NCBI GenBank assembly: GCA_013265495.1
Contig: MU059330.1
Location: 14,269,980-14,333,979, forward strand
DNA: 64,000 nt
From: Vicugna vicugna
Lineage: Eukaryota
Direction: 5' to 3'
In this document: piece by piece, positions 12,201-25,957 of the stretch
Layout: the number at the start of each line of letters is the position of its first letter
How positions within the stretch are numbered: position 1 is the first letter of the stretch
The notes under the pieces: model-generated
Databases searched by the model: none
Told to the model about the DNA's origin: nothing
Seen by the model: the letters and a program-made list of their open reading frames with translations, nothing else
Program-made: the position numbers and the translations under genes

Positions 12201-15200
12201 TGCCTCTCTTTTACGAGAAAGAGGGAACTCCCTCTTCAGAGCAGAGGTCTGGGCAGTGCAGATAGGCCTGCAGCGCCAGCCAGACCTGCGGAGCGATGAG
12301 GCGGCCCGGCTCCCCCAGCGTGGCTGCAGGTGCCAAGTGGGTCCCAGAGCCTCCTGCCGGGGGCCCTATGGCGGCCGGGGCAGGGTGTCAGCAGGGCTGG
12401 GCGCCCGGCTGGGCAGGGTGTGAGCTGTTGGTGCCGGGGCCTTGCCGGGGTCTCGGCATCCGCGCGGGGCTCAGAGGCGAGGCCCTGGCGCCTCTGCTCC
12501 GGCTGCTGCCGCGGTTTGTTTCCCCTTTCCTCCCTAGGGTGGTGTCTATTTGAGAACGCAACTGGCGGGGGGGCGTGGAGGTGCCATTTCTGAGCTACGT
12601 GTGGCCTGGGGTGAGACCCGTGATCGTGGTCAGGCGGCAGTTACGAGTTTCCTGCCTTCTGGGTTCTGAGTTCCTCTGGAGCAAAATCCCCGATGGTCCT
12701 GGTTCCGTGTGCATGTGGCCCCTGGGGAGTCTCTGTTGGGTGTTGGGAAGAGAGCTGGATGGCCCCCTTGAGCCTGCGTTCACCACGCGTAGCTGGAATC
12801 ACTTTCAGTCCGCCTGGCCTGCAGCCGCTCTGAGCTGGTCAGGCAGCGTCCTGCAGCCCAGCCTGTCTGGACATCCGCATGAGCGGGCAGCACGTGGTGG
12901 TAGCCTGGCGCCATCTGCAAGGTGGGGGCGCCCCCGCTGTCCACGTAAACCCCATGGCCATCCAGAGTGTCCTCCTGTTCGTTTCTCTCTCCTGGAGCCG
13001 GTCTGTCCCAGGGGTGGCCCCGTCCTGGGCTCCGTCCGGTCCTGGCGCCTGCGGGTCAGGCCTGGGTTCTCAGGGAGGCTCTCAGGACGGTCACTGGGGA
13101 GGGATCACGTTGAGCCGAAATCAGAGGAGACAAGCGCCAGATGGTTCTTGGGTTTCCTCTTCCATCTGACGAAGGGTCTTGACCACAGCCAGACAGGAGC
13201 CTGTGTTGGTAATGGGAGCCGCCCCGGGGGGCTGGCGGGGGCCTGGCCACCCGCCTCCTGCCTCTGCCCGCAGCAGGGCCTGCCCTTCCGCCCTGATCGG
13301 CATCCCACCCCCAGGCTCGGATCACAACTGCCACCCGAGGACGGGGAGGGCCGACCGGGAGCAGAGAGCCGTGTGACTGAGCGGTGGCGGGAGCCGGTTC
13401 CCGGAGTCCACCGGAGGCTCGGCCCTGCCGTTTCCCCAGAGGGGGCAGGCCCAGCGTGGGAGGGCGTGTCCTGTAGACGGGAAGTCCCCAGATAGGCTCT
13501 GCTCTTGAGCAGGTCTCGGAGCCATGGTCCCGGCCATGTCTGTGTGCACATGCACACGTGTTAACGTGTGGGTGCGTGTCCACGTGGTTTCTCCGCGTTG
13601 GTGCCTCTTTGTAGCTGAGTGCCTCTTCCCTTGTTTTCCCGGCTGTGCGAGTGTCAGGTTTCAGTGGGATGAGCCCGAGGTGGTCTTTGGCTCAACTGCT
13701 GGGCGGAGGCCCTCTGGTTGGGGGCAGAGGAAGCTGGTGGTGGCCAGAGGCGGTTGTGGCAGTGTTAGTCCTGGTTGAAGGGCGGCCACGTCCCTCCAGC
13801 GTCCAGAGCCTTCCTGACTCCTCTCAGAGCCCCCAGGGAGAACCTTCACCCCAGGGCCGTGGGGTGGGCAGTGGTGGTGGGAGCCCTGTGGGAAGTGCCG
13901 GGTGGGGGTGTGTGGGGGATATGCCTGGGCCAGGTGGCTTCTGCCCTGAGGCTGCACTGCCTAGTGTCAGGGGTTGCTGGAGGCAGGATGCTTCTGGAAG
14001 TGAGGGCTGAGTCCCTTCAGGGAAGCTGCAGAGGTACTGTGACAAGCCCTGCCACCTCTCCAAGTGGCATGTACCCCCCCCCCCGCCAGGTGCTGGGCTC
14101 CGGTGTCCAGGTGCCTGTGGCTGTCACTCGGGTCTGGGGCCCCTGGCATGGGGACAAGTCGTGCCTCTGCCCTGGTCCCTGGGCCTGGACGTTGCTGCCT
14201 TTAGTCCTGAGTGGCAGGGCTGTGTTTGCTGGAGGAGGCTGGAAGGCAGGGCGGGAGGGCCTGTGCCCAGAGTCACACATCAGGGCCGTTGGGAAGAAGC
14301 GTCTGTGGGTGTCTGGTCCTGTGTAGGATGGCACAGTGACCCCGCAGGCCATGCGAGGTCCAGCAGGGACACGTGGAGGCTCTGGGGGGACCAGGTCCAA
14401 GGGCACAAGGGGTGCGTCCCCTTCTGTCCTCTGGGCTCCCACCTGCGGGCAGATGCCTCTCCCGCTGGAAACCCAGGATGAGAGAGGCTGGCCTGCCCTC
14501 CAGGGGATGCCACGGGCAAGCAGCCACATCTGGCTGGAGGGCTGTGGGTGATTCCTGGGCTCTCAATGTTTCCTCTGTTTTTGCCATAGAATGGGTTTCT
14601 GTTTTAACCAGAAGCTTGCTGTTAACAGCATGGGGACTCTTGGCCTTGGGCCTGGACACAGAGCTGTTTCTTCTCAGCCCGTGTCCCTCGGGGACTCCCA
14701 CTGCCCGGGTTGCCAGGCTGCTGGATTTCAGATTCCAGCACTGATCCTGGCTGCGCAGGCAGAAGGCAAGGGCCAGAGGTCAGGAATTGACCTCAGACTC
14801 TATTCCAGTGTTTGATCACTGCAAAGAGAACCTGCCACCGTGGACGTGGTTATATGGGTGCCCTGGGGTCTGGGGTGGGCCCCGTTCTGCTGGCAGCACC
14901 CCAGGAGATCGTGCGTCCCTCCCCCACTGCCAGTGCTGCAGGGCAGACCCTGCCCTTGATGGCAGGGAGGGGCCATGCTGCCGATGGTGGCCAGGCCCAG
15001 CTGACCCTTGGGAAGCTGTCTGGCTCAGGGCCCTGCCTGCCCCTCCCCTGGGAGCCGTCCTGGGAGAGATGGTGGTAAAATCCCAAGCCAGTGCTGGAGG
15101 GGGAGGACTGGGGGCAGAGAGCGCCGGCATGCCGGGAGTGGGAGACGGGAGAGGAGGTGGTGCGTGGAGATGGGGAGGCTGATGGGGGCTGTAACGAGGG

Positions 15201-18200
15201 ACTCAACCAAGCATCCATAGCAGACCACTGACGGGGCTCCCAGGACTTGGCTGGACGGTGGGTCTAACGGGCGCTGCTTTGCCCCTGAGCTGCGGCAACC
15301 TCCCCTCCGGCCCCGCGCCTCCCCCCTCACAGAAGGCTCTGCTGCCGTCACTCGCCGTGTCAAGGACGCACGCTCTTCTCCAGGAACCGGCCCAGCGTGC
15401 CCGGCGGCTTCCTGTTCCCACCCCGTAGCCCAGAGCACCACGTCCCGTGCTGTCTCTGGTCAGCACCTCCTGTTTACTGATGTCAGAGTTAAGTTTGCCT
15501 TTCATGGAGCCAGAAACTGGGCATCAAAACCGATGTGGGAAAAAGAGCAGAGGCCTCCTCTGGGTTTGGGCGGGGGCCTTCTGGGCGACGGGGTCGGGGG
15601 TGGTCTGCGTCTCCGCGGGGCCGGGCACGTGGCCGGGGTGGGGGTGGCTGCTGTGCTCTGGGCCGCGTCCAGTCTCGGTCGGGGAGGGTCCGCGTGGCTG
15701 CGTGGCCAGCACTGGCGGGCGCGGGGCCTTCTCGGAGCGTCTGTGATGAGCTTGTGCAGAGCTGCCCTGCCGCTGCCTTCACTGGGATGGGGGTCAGGGC
15801 CGAGGGCCCTGCCTGCCGCCCCCTTCGTGGCCCGTGTTGGCTCCCTGAGCCCTGGGTTCTCAATGTCCATCCCGTCCATTTCTGGGAGGGCTGGTCGGAG
15901 GCCCAGCTGCGTTGCCGTCAGTCAGGAAGCGCCTGCTTGGCCGCCATCCCCCGTCCAGGCCATGATCTCTGGGGCTGAACGGGCTCAGGGTGCGCATTTC
16001 CCAGGTGCTGCTGGAACTTCCCTTAGGCTCTGAGGGAGCCCAGCGGGTGTGTGGACACCAGGGCCTGGCTTCCTCGGGCTTCCCAGGGTTGGCAAGCCCG
16101 GGGGCACCAGAGAGGGGAGGCGGCTCTCCGCAGGCCCCTCTTGGGCCGCGAGGGTGTCTCAGACCCTCCTGTTTTGTGCCCTGGGCCGCTCTGAGCGGTG
16201 CTGGCCAGGTGTGGGTTTGGAGGAAGCCCCCGGAGGGCTGAATTGTCACTGTTTGACAAGGCGCCCGCTGTCACCAGGCTGGTTCCCCAGGGAAGCCCCT
16301 CTTCTCCTGCCGCATTTTTTCACGAGAAACACGTCATCAAGTCCAGCCCCCCGCCCCAAGCCTTCTCATTCGCCTTTGAACCCATGAGGCCTGGTTTTAG
16401 GAGTTCTCCCTCGGCCCGGGACCAGTCACCACAGCTGGTTTTGCTGCTCAGCCGGCCCTGTCTCTGGGGGCCACGCTGCGTTTCAAAGGTGTGGAAAGGT
16501 GAATGACAGCGCGTGGCCGCCACGTCCTATAGGGCAGAACGGGTGTGAGTGGATGTGGGGGTCCAGAGCCAGCTGTGTGGCCCAGGGCCTGGGACCCGTG
16601 CCGGTGGCCCATGCTCGGGCCACGTGGCGCTGGTGCTCAGCATCTTCAGGTGTTTGGATTCTGGTGGCTTTTCTGCTGAATTCACCACCTGTGGGGGGGG
16701 CGGGGGGACCGTCACAGGCTCCTGGGGTCCCTGACGAGGCAGCGCCCTGCACACGGGTGCCGACGCCCCGCCGGTGCCAGCACGTGGGGCTGTATCGGTG
16801 AGCGCTCCCAGGTCCCTGCCGTCGCCCCGGATCCTGGGTGCCTTTGGCCCTCTCTTTCCCCCAGGGGCGTCTCTGGTGCTGGGAGCCCCGTCGTTTCGAG
16901 GCGTTCGCGGGCAGGCCCTTGCGAGGGGCGGCGTGACATTCTGAGCCTTGTTTGTTCCATGCGGGTTCTGTTGGCTGAAGGATCCTTGTTTTAAAACTGA
17001 GTCAGACCGTTTCTTGGATGATGAGAGGAGTGAGCCGCCGGCCTGGCCCCACCGTCACCCCAGCTCCACGGGGGCTCGAGTCACAACGGGGCCACCTGCC
17101 CGCTGCACCCACATGGCTGGACGCACGCCCTGCAACCTTTGATCGCGTGGGTTGTGATTTCTGTGGGGTGAGCACCAGAGTTGCATCTGTCACAGGAAGT
17201 GAGCAGGTTTAAAGTCGCGTCTGAGCCTGGCTGTGTAGGCGAGTCAGGACCTGGCTGGTGGAGGGAGCCTCCAGGCCGTGTCTGTGGTTAAAAATGTGAT
17301 GGCCGTGGCCATGCTAGGCCGTTGTCCTGAGCACTCCTGCCCAGAGACAGCAGGTGTGTGTCCTACCCTCCTAGCTGCCTTGGCCCAGGATACCTGACCC
17401 TCGCGGGGCCCTGCCTCCTCATGTGACCCGGCAGCCACTGTGTGGCTCAGGCACCCGGCGACCTCGGGGGTGCGTGCCTGACAGGGGCACCATGGGGGAC
17501 CCGTCCCAGGAGGGGCTGGTGAGACCAGCCGCCCTGCAGCACCTGCACCCCCAGGATTTCCTCCGCTCAGGCTTGTCCTGCGTCCTCATGTCATGAACGA
17601 GCGGAGTGATGAAGGGGCACAGGCCCAGGTGAGTGACCCCTTCCCCAAAACAGAGTCTTGGCAGAGGAGGACCCCTGCCGTTTGGAGCAGCGACCAGACC
17701 CGGCAGGGTCGTGCCTGGTGCTGTCAGAGTCCACAGAGGGGTGGGGCCTTCAGAGCCCCCTGCGTACGTGAACGGATCAGGCTCTGGGGATTTGGGGACC
17801 ATGGTTTCCTTTGTGCAGATTTTCATTGTAATCTGTCCTCCCCTGGAAAGTGACAGCTGCAAGTTGCGTGTCCTCCAGTGGTGAAGGCAACGAGGAGGCG
17901 CTGAGACTCGCCCAGGTAACGTCACCGGTGTTTCCATTTTTACGAAAGTGCAGGTGAGGCCCTCAGGTAGAAGCGTTTGGTTTTTAGCCAGGTCTTCCTC
18001 CAGCAGAACCGAGGAGTCGGCTGCCGCCCGGGGCTGCTGCCCTGTGCCTGTGGCCTCTGCCTGGAAACCCTCTCCCAGACGGGTTTCCTTTCCGCTTGTG
18101 AGAGCGTCCCTGGGGGCTGACTGGCTGGAGAAGTGGTCCTTGAGAAATGAAGTGTGTTCCCTGTAAGGGCTGGTGATGAAGACGGCCACCCTGGCAGCAG

Positions 18201-21168
18201 GGCCGCGGTGTGGTTGGTGCGGCCCCCAGCGGGAGGGATCGCCCCCGACGCTGAGGGCGTGTGTTGTTACCTGTTTATTTTGTGAGAATTTCCCCCCTAC
18301 TTTCTGTGCTCAGCGTACGTGTTACTCTGGCCATAAATCAGCAGCAGAATGGCAAAGCTGAGGTTCACAGTCGGGCGCTGGGCTTCCTGCGCACACGCGA
18401 CTGGCCACTGTCCACGCTGGGTCGTGGCCGTCCTGGTCTCGTGGGGCACTCACCTCTCCGTTCCTTGTCTCAGTCCTCGGGTCTCCTGTGTGTGATAAGT
18501 TGCTGACGTGCACTGACGCGAATCAGTCGTTCCGGGTCCCGGGGAGTGTTCGCCGGGCCCTTCTCATCTGTTCGTTCCTTTCGAGTCCTCCCTTCCGGGC
18601 GCTCTCAGTCACGGCGGGAAGGTGGGCGGGCTGTCTCAGCTCTCCTTTCACAAGGTCGTCGCTGGCCTTCCCAGCCGGCGGCTCTGGGAGCATCAGATGC
18701 TCCGGGAAAGATGTTGCTTCTGTGGCTTTAGCGTCGCTGCAGGTGCCCTCTCTGAGCCTGGCGGGTGCTCAGGGGAACCCTGGAGATCCTCCCAGGCCCA
18801 GGCTGTGCTGCCCGCAGCTGCGCTGCGAGGAGGCCCTGCTTGCTCTGCCGCCCCTCCCCGGACCAGAAGCAGGAGACCAGGAGCCAAGAGTTTGTCCAAG
18901 GTCGTGGCAGAGGGCGAACCCAAAACTGGGTCGGCCCTCTCCCCGCCCCCACCTGCTTGTCCTCGAGTCTGTTCTGGAGAGAGCTTTCTTCATCTTCGGT
19001 TTACTGGTTGGAGCCGCTGATTTCTTGTTCCCAGGGAAAGGATGGTTCTTACCAGAAAATAAAGTCGTTCTTACCAGGGAAGGATGCTGAGCAGGAAGAA
19101 CAGGAAGGAGGCCCGGCCAGGGGCCGAGGTGGTGTGGGGAGAGGACTTGTAGAAGTTATTTCTTTTTTATTTGAATGTATTTGTATTTTCAAGCTTTGTT
19201 TGGATCTAGTTTAGGCTCCAGAAAACTTCCAGGAGGAGCAGGGAATCGTGTCCCGGGCCCGCGTGTTGGTGTGGCCGCGTGCTTGCGTCTCCTTTGCTGC
19301 CCCGGCTCACACCCTTCCTAACCTTCCCTAACCGCTGAGGATAAAGCGCTGGTCTGACGCCCTCTCTGGGCGTGTTTCCTGAAACACACAGTCCCTGCGG
19401 TGCAGTCACCAAGGCGGGAAGCCTGCCTGACTGAAGGTCTGACCCGGTTCCCACCCTCAGCCCGGTGGTGCCCTTCGCCTGAGGAGCCGGGCCTCGTGCC
19501 GCTTCCTGCCGTCCCACCTCCGTGCCCTCCTTCCTCCGGAACTCTCTGGAGCCGGCCTGGTTCTCTCGTGGCTCCCCCAGGAGGGCCGGTGCTGAAGGCT
19601 GTCCCTCCCGTGGGCCTGCTTGGGGCTCGGGGACGCTGTGTCTCCGGGTATCGGTCAGCTGTGACCACGTGTTCACCTGGCCCCAGCGTGGGTGAGTGGG
19701 TCTCTCCTCCTGGCACTGCCCTGCAGCCCCTGCCCCCCCCGTTGTACTGAGTCGGTTCCCTGTGGGCCTTGGGTGCAGTCCCTGCCCTGCTCTCTCCACC
19801 TCCCACCGGGTTCCCTGAGTCTCAGGCAGTTTCTGCCCCAAACCATCACCGCGGCTATGCCCGTGCTGCTCCCACGTTGGTAGCTGGGGCCCGGCAGTGA
19901 GGAGGCACCCGGGGTTCGGCAGTGGGCAGGGGTCTGCTGTCATGTGGCCCCACGGGCGGAGCCCTGGGAAACCTTCTGGGGAGGGTCCGGGAGGCCTTGG
20001 TGGGTGGGTGTGGGGCTGAGCGGGGTCTGTGGGATTTCGGGGCACTGGTTGGCTGAGAGGGGGTTAAGGGCCGTGGCCCTGGACCCCCAAGGCCCCTGGA
20101 GTTGTCTCCCTGTGAGAGGCCGAGGACATGACCTGGAGCTTCCGTGAGGACGGACTGCGGGCATCACCTCCCTGAGCGTCGGGCTTCCGTGCCCTGCCCG
20201 TCTCTTTGGGGAGTCTGTCAGGAGGTCAGGCCATGGCCAGTCACCCCCGGCTGGACCTGTGTGGGCCAGTGATTCCCTGCTAAGCTCATGCTCAGGTCGG
20301 CCCGGAGACCCCGGGGGCCTGAGAGAAGCCGGTTTTGGACACCTTTCCCTGGCGTCCTCCCTTGGTCCTTCTGATGTGGGGTTAGGCTGCAAGCAGAAGG
20401 CCTTGTGGGGCCCCCAGGCCCGTGGGTGGTGCTCACTTGGAGGGTCAGACAGGGGTGCAGGCAGTCCCAGCCCCACTGCTCTCTGAGTCCGGCCTGTCTC
20501 TGTGGGTGGCTTCTGGGATGGCATTGCCCCGTTGCAGTGGGGTGGGCAGGGCTGGGGATCAGAGCCATGCCGTTTTGGTTTTTCTCTAAACTTTAAATTT
20601 GAAGCATGCGGTCGGGCCAGTGTTTGAAGGTCTGGGAGCATTGCAGACTGAGTTGGGGCTGACCCTCGTCCCTCTGTGGTCTGGCCACGGTGCGGCCTTG
20701 ATAGACTCGAGCCTGGGGCTGGAGGGTTGACCCTCTGGACAGAAACAGCCATGAAGACAGCAGGGCAGCCCTGGGCCACCTGCCACTTGGGCTCCGTGAC
20801 AGCCCCGTGGGGGAATCACCGGTGAGGCCACCAAAACCGACAGGATCAGAGGAGTTGGAAACCCACAGCTGCTGTCGAAACAGACAGCAAACCTTGTGCC
20901 GCCCCGTCCACCGTGGACGGTCATGGCCAGGCTCTCAGGAGCTGCCAGTCTTGGGACGTTTATCCTGGGAATTTCAGCAAATCTGGGGTCTGCGGACCTG
21001 AAAGGGTGCGGGTGGGGCTTGAAGCCCTGGTGGGAAGAGCGCTGTCCTTGACTATCTTCTACCCGGGTCTCCTGCTCCAAGAGTCAGAGCCATGCGAGGA
21101 AGCCCCTCCCCAGGGCCCCTCGGTGCCTCCTTCAGTCCCTTCCAAAACTGACTGACCTCTCCCCGCAG

Positions 21169-21263
21169 GAGATGGAACCCCCAGGGAGAACAGCCCGTTC
21201 ATTCACGGCGGCGAGGTGGACAGGGAGAGTCTCTTTGAGCGAAAGAACATGGCGCTGTTTGAG
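21169..21263 (+). CDS. SLC12A7: KCC4 exon 2 (95 nt)
   Basis: CAG|[11 protein letters not shown]...KNMALFE|GTAACT. Confidence 0.95.
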
Positions 21264-21667
21264 GTAACTCGCACTTTCCCTTCGGAGCAGGAGGTGCGAG
21301 AGGAGCTGTGGTTTGTTCAAGAAAAGAGGCCGTGGTCTTGAGGCCCCCAGTATCATGGAGAAACGCGGGTCACACAGAGGCCTTAGGGAGCCCCTCAGAG
21401 AGGCTGAATCCGGGCCGTCTGGGGACCCCGGCCTCCCTCTCGGCTGGTGGCCCCACTCAGTGTGTCCTCGAGCCCCTGATTCTGACCTGCCGAGCGCGTG
21501 TCTGGGGCCTCAGACCCCTTTCAGGTCTGTTGGCTTCAGGGCAGGTGGAGCTGAGGCCCCAGACAGCCCCGGAGTCGGCAGGGTCCCCACTGGGTAGTCA
21601 ATCCCATTGGTCTGGGGGCGTCTCGGCTGGGGGTGAGTGTCTAGCTCCACGTCTTGTCCCCAAACAG

Positions 21668-21790
21668 GAGGAAATGGACAGCAACCCCATGGTGTCCTCA
21701 CTGCTCAACAAGCTGGCCAACTACACCAACCTGAGCCAGGGCGTCGTGGAGCACGAGGAGGCCGAGGACAGCCGGCGGCGCGAGGCCAAG
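21668..21790 (+). CDS. SLC12A7: KCC4 exon 3 (123 nt)
   Basis: CAG|[22 protein letters not shown]...RRREAK|GTGGGG. Confidence 0.95.
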
Positions 21791-24509
21791 GTGGGGCCCC
21801 CCACCCCCCCGCCGCCACCCCAGGACTGCTGGGCCCCCACCGCCCTGGGCTCCCCTCCCCCCGGGACTCCTGGGCCCCCCCCACTTTGTCTCCCATCGTG
21901 GGACTTACCCTGCAGCCGTCTTCCTCGGAGCTCTATTTCCTACGGGTTATTTCTGGGAATCTGCGCCAGGTGAAGCCACGTGGCCCTGAGGGCTCTGCGC
22001 GAGGACGCTGCTGGGGAGGCTTTGTAGGAGCCGCACCTGGAAGCGTGGAGCTGCTCAGGAGAGGGGCCGTGGGGCTGGGGCGGCCGGGGCTGGACACCCG
22101 TCCTGCCCGCGGTGACTCAGGAGGGTGCTCAGGAAAAACACCTCAGGCCAATTTCGGGAAGAGTTACCCACGTCCCTTCCTCTCTGGAATCTTGACCAAA
22201 CACCTGGCCTCATCTCGTAGCGGTTTCACCCTCTTCGACTCCGCTGCCGGCGGCTCGGCTGTCCCAGGCCTCAGCAGTAACATTTCCTTTTGTTCCCCAG
22301 CTCTCAAGTGGAGAGCAGGCTGCAGGCCCTGTTCTCAGAGCGAGCAGCAGGAGGGCAGGTGCGGCCTGAGCCCCGGCTCGCCTCGAGGGGCAGCCCCCAG
22401 CTTGGATGCTGAGACAAAGCCGGCGGGCGATCCTGGCCACCTCCCTGCCCTGCTGGTCTGGCCATCCCTGAGCCGAGGTGCCTGGCTCCCCGAGGGCCTC
22501 CTTCGTGCCCGGTCCAGACTGGCCCCGGCCCCCGCGGCCGTCAGAAGTCGGGCCACGGGCAGGCACCCCCTCTCTTTCCTCCTCCTGTAAACCAGCAGGC
22601 TACAGGCTGCGTCCTGCGCCCCTGAGGGCGCCAGTGCGAGGGAAGAACCTGCTGTTCAGGAGGACGTAACGGAGGCGGCATGTGGGGTCTCGGCCTCCAC
22701 TGGGCAGCCTGGAGCGCGCTCCTGTCCAGCCTCGCGCTGGCTGCCCTCCCCAGGCAGAGGGGCGGAGGCCACTTCAGTGGACCCCCGCCAGGACCTCCCG
22801 GGGGCCTTCCCGGGAGTGGGGGAGGCTGCCACGCTGGGAGGTGACCACTGCCGTGGCTGTGGGTGAACTGCTTCTGGGCACATTTCTGGGGTTTCAGGCT
22901 CTTGCTCTGGACCATGGGGGCCACAGGCCGTCCCTGTGCTGCATGTCCATCCCTCTGTCTGTCAGAGATCGTGTCCCAGGGGAGCCCTGCCCTGCTCTGG
23001 GGAAAGGCTCCCAGGACCGACCCCCGGCCTCTGCCCGTGGCCCCAGCCCACTGCCGAGTCTCCCCACAGCCTTCCTCACGCACAGATGGAAATGCAGCCC
23101 ACACTGCTGCTGTAATTTGTGCTGTGAGCCCCGTCCAGGCTGTGGAATCCGCACACAGCACACAGCATGGACAGGGCGGGGCCTAAAGTACCTGCCCCGG
23201 GGCAGGCAGCTGCCCGGCCTCCGTCCCCGGGGACCTGGGACCAGGTGCCACAGCTGGGCTTCTGCCCCAGGAGGGACCCAGCTGCCCGTAACCCTCAGCA
23301 GAACTGCTGTGTGGCCAGCTGGGTAGGTTTGGTGGGGATGAACCGGAGCCCCACTTAAGACTGATGTCGGTCCCCTGGGGTGAGGGGGCGGAAGCCCCCT
23401 GCACGTCTGTCTGACCAGCTGGCACAGAGGTGAGGTGCTGGTCCCCCCAGAGGCGCCTTCTCCAGGGCCCGGGTGGCCCTGGCATCATGGGCCTTGTGAC
23501 CGGGTCAGATTGACCCTCAAAGCTGCCTTTTATGAGAGGGTTGGAGGCCCCATCCGGCCTTTCAGGACAACTCAAGGTCATCTCAGCCACTGGACAGAGA
23601 ACAGCCCTGCACGAGCTGGGCCTGAGGCCGGGCGGGGGCCCTGCTGCCGCTTGGACAGGAGGGGTTGCATCAGTGTCTCGCGCTCCCCGAGACCATGAAG
23701 CAGAGCTGGCGCTGCTGCCGCTGTTGTGTGGGTCCTCGTCTTTGTGCGGATAAAAGCCCCCAAGACCGTGCACGCCCGCCCTGCGTGCAGGCTGCAGACC
23801 CACAGCAGCTTTTACCACCTGCTGGGCACGGGTGTGCCGCCCAGCTGTGGTGTCGCGCTGGCGCCGGGCGGGCCCCTGGCCTTGTCCCCAAGCTTTCCTC
23901 TGGGCTGGTCTGCTTGGCTGCGGCCTTTCCAGGTTGCGGAAGATGTTTGCGTCAGGCGCCCTCCCCGACGTCACCCCGCTTTGGGCGGCCCTCTGGGGAG
24001 GGGTGACTCCGGAGGGCGTCCTCTCTGAGCTCCTGGTCCCTTGGTCGCTCCCACCAAGTAGGCAAGATGCTGTAGGCTTCTGTCTGGACGTGGTGTTTCT
24101 GCCCTTCCTGATGTTTTGGGAACGATGGCTGGACCCTAAGGCTTCGCTGTCTCGATTCCCTCATGTCTGGTTTCCGGAGGCTCTACCTGGGCTGCGGGTG
24201 CAGTGAACAGAGCCGGGGGCAGCTCGCTCCCCGTCCTCCCCAACACGCCCACCTTCCCACAGAGGCGGCGCCAAGCTCTGCACCCCGTCTGCCCGCTGGC
24301 GTGGTTCCCACTCTTGGGCAGCCAGGGTCTCGCTCTTGCTTCTCCCATTTTCCCTGTGACTGAAGCTTGCGTGCTTTGCTGGTCTCCTTTCTCGTCCTCC
24401 CATCCCCCGACCTCGTCGCGGCCCCCAGGGCCCACCTGTGGACTCGGCTCCTGGGGGAGACGGGAGGGGCGGGCGGCCCCCAGAACCCACCCGCTGTGCT
24501 CTCTTCCAG

Positions 24510-24656
24510 GGCCCCCGCATGGGCACCTTCATTGGCGTCTACCTGCCCTGCCTGCAGAACATCCTCGGGGTGATCCTCTTCCTGCGCCTGACCTGGATCG
24601 TGGGGGCGGCCGGCGTCCTGGAGTCTCTCCTTCTCGTGTCCATGTGCTGCACCTGC
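24510..24656 (+). CDS. SLC12A7: KCC4 exon 4 (147 nt)
   Basis: [29 protein letters not shown]...MCCTC|GTGAGT. Confidence 0.96.
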
Positions 24657-25902
24657 GTGAGTGAGCGTGGCATCCTCGCTGGGGCGCTCCAGGGGCCCCT
24701 GCACTGAGCCAGTGGACTGTCCCCACGGGCAGTCCCTCCCAGGGCTGTGTGAGCACAGAACGATGGCCTCCCGGGCGGGCGGGACCAGGCCCGTGAGGAG
24801 CCTGAGGGGGTGTCTGGGGCCGCATCTGCAGGAGCACAGGGTGTGCGTCCCCCCCAGGCACCACTCACAGCCACTCGTCCTGCGTGTAGACGGGGTCCCC
24901 CTCCAGGTGGCTGTTCTCGGGGCCTCCCGTGGAGAGGAAGGGGCGCTCGCTGGCGGCACGCTCAGCCCTAGGTGCGTCTCCGTGGAGCACGTGTCTTCTT
25001 CCCGCGCTTTGTCGGGCCTGGCTTAGCCTCCACGTGCCCTCAGCACCCAGCTCCACCTGCCTTGCTCCCCTCTACCCCTTCGTTTGTGACCAGGAGGGCA
25101 ATTCAGCCCAAGTGCTGCCCGGAGATGCAGTGTCTGAAAGACTCAAGCAATGCAGTGGGGTCGGGAGCCCCCCGACCCTGCTCGGCCGCCCACCGTCCCC
25201 TGCTGCTTCCCCACTGCGCCTCCCGCCCGGGGCCCTCCGTGCCCACGGTCCTGGGCTGTCTGCCCAGAGGTCACACCTTGTCCTTCCTGTCCTGAGTGCC
25301 TCTTTCACTTAATGAGCCTGGAAGTATCTTCGGGGCAACTGCCTCCAAAACAGACAGAAAGCAGGATACGGGGCAGGGCCTTGTGAGGCTGGAAACGTGC
25401 CCAGGCAGGCACGGGTCGGGGTCCCTGGGGCCTCACGCTTTCCCGGGGCTGTTCTTCTGGTCCTCGGGTTGTGAAGTAATCGTTCCCCGAGCTACAGGTG
25501 TGGCCCCTTCCCTGAGCAGGTGGTGCGAGCCGGAGGTAGCCCGCCTTGGGCAGGGTCCAGTGGTCCTCCAACCCCGCGGGGGGTGGGCACCTAGAGGGGG
25601 TTCAGGGACCCCCTGGGCAGGTGCGTACTGGGCGGGGTCCTGCACGCCCACAGGGAGGTCAGCGCCACGAGAAGCCAGCCCTCCACTGCGGGACGGGGTC
25701 CGGCGTCAGGTGTTTTCTGAGCGGCCCGCGGGAGCTTCGCTTCGGGGGTCGAGGGGGAGAGAGTGGGGCTGAGGTTCTGGCGCCCGGGGGAGCTGAGGTC
25801 AGGAGCTGGGAGTCGGCAGCCAGCCTGCAGGTGGGCACCGCCCCAGCCGGAGCTGTCCTCTTCAGAGGCTGTGTTTTCTGAAGGGCGCCCGTCCTCTTGC
25901 AG

Positions 25903-25957
25903 ACGATGCTGACGGCCATCTCCATGAGCGCCATCGCGACCAACGGCGTGGTCCCAG
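25903..25957 (+). CDS. SLC12A7: KCC4 exon 5 (55 nt)
   Basis: TMLTAISMSAIATNGVVP|GTACGG. Confidence 0.96.

Noticed and set aside
21525-21632. Apparent cassette exon in SLC12A7 intron 2 (TTTCAG acceptor, GTGAGT donor at 21633)
   Set aside because: In-frame TGA, and the residual intron to exon 3 would be only 35 nt, too short to splice.
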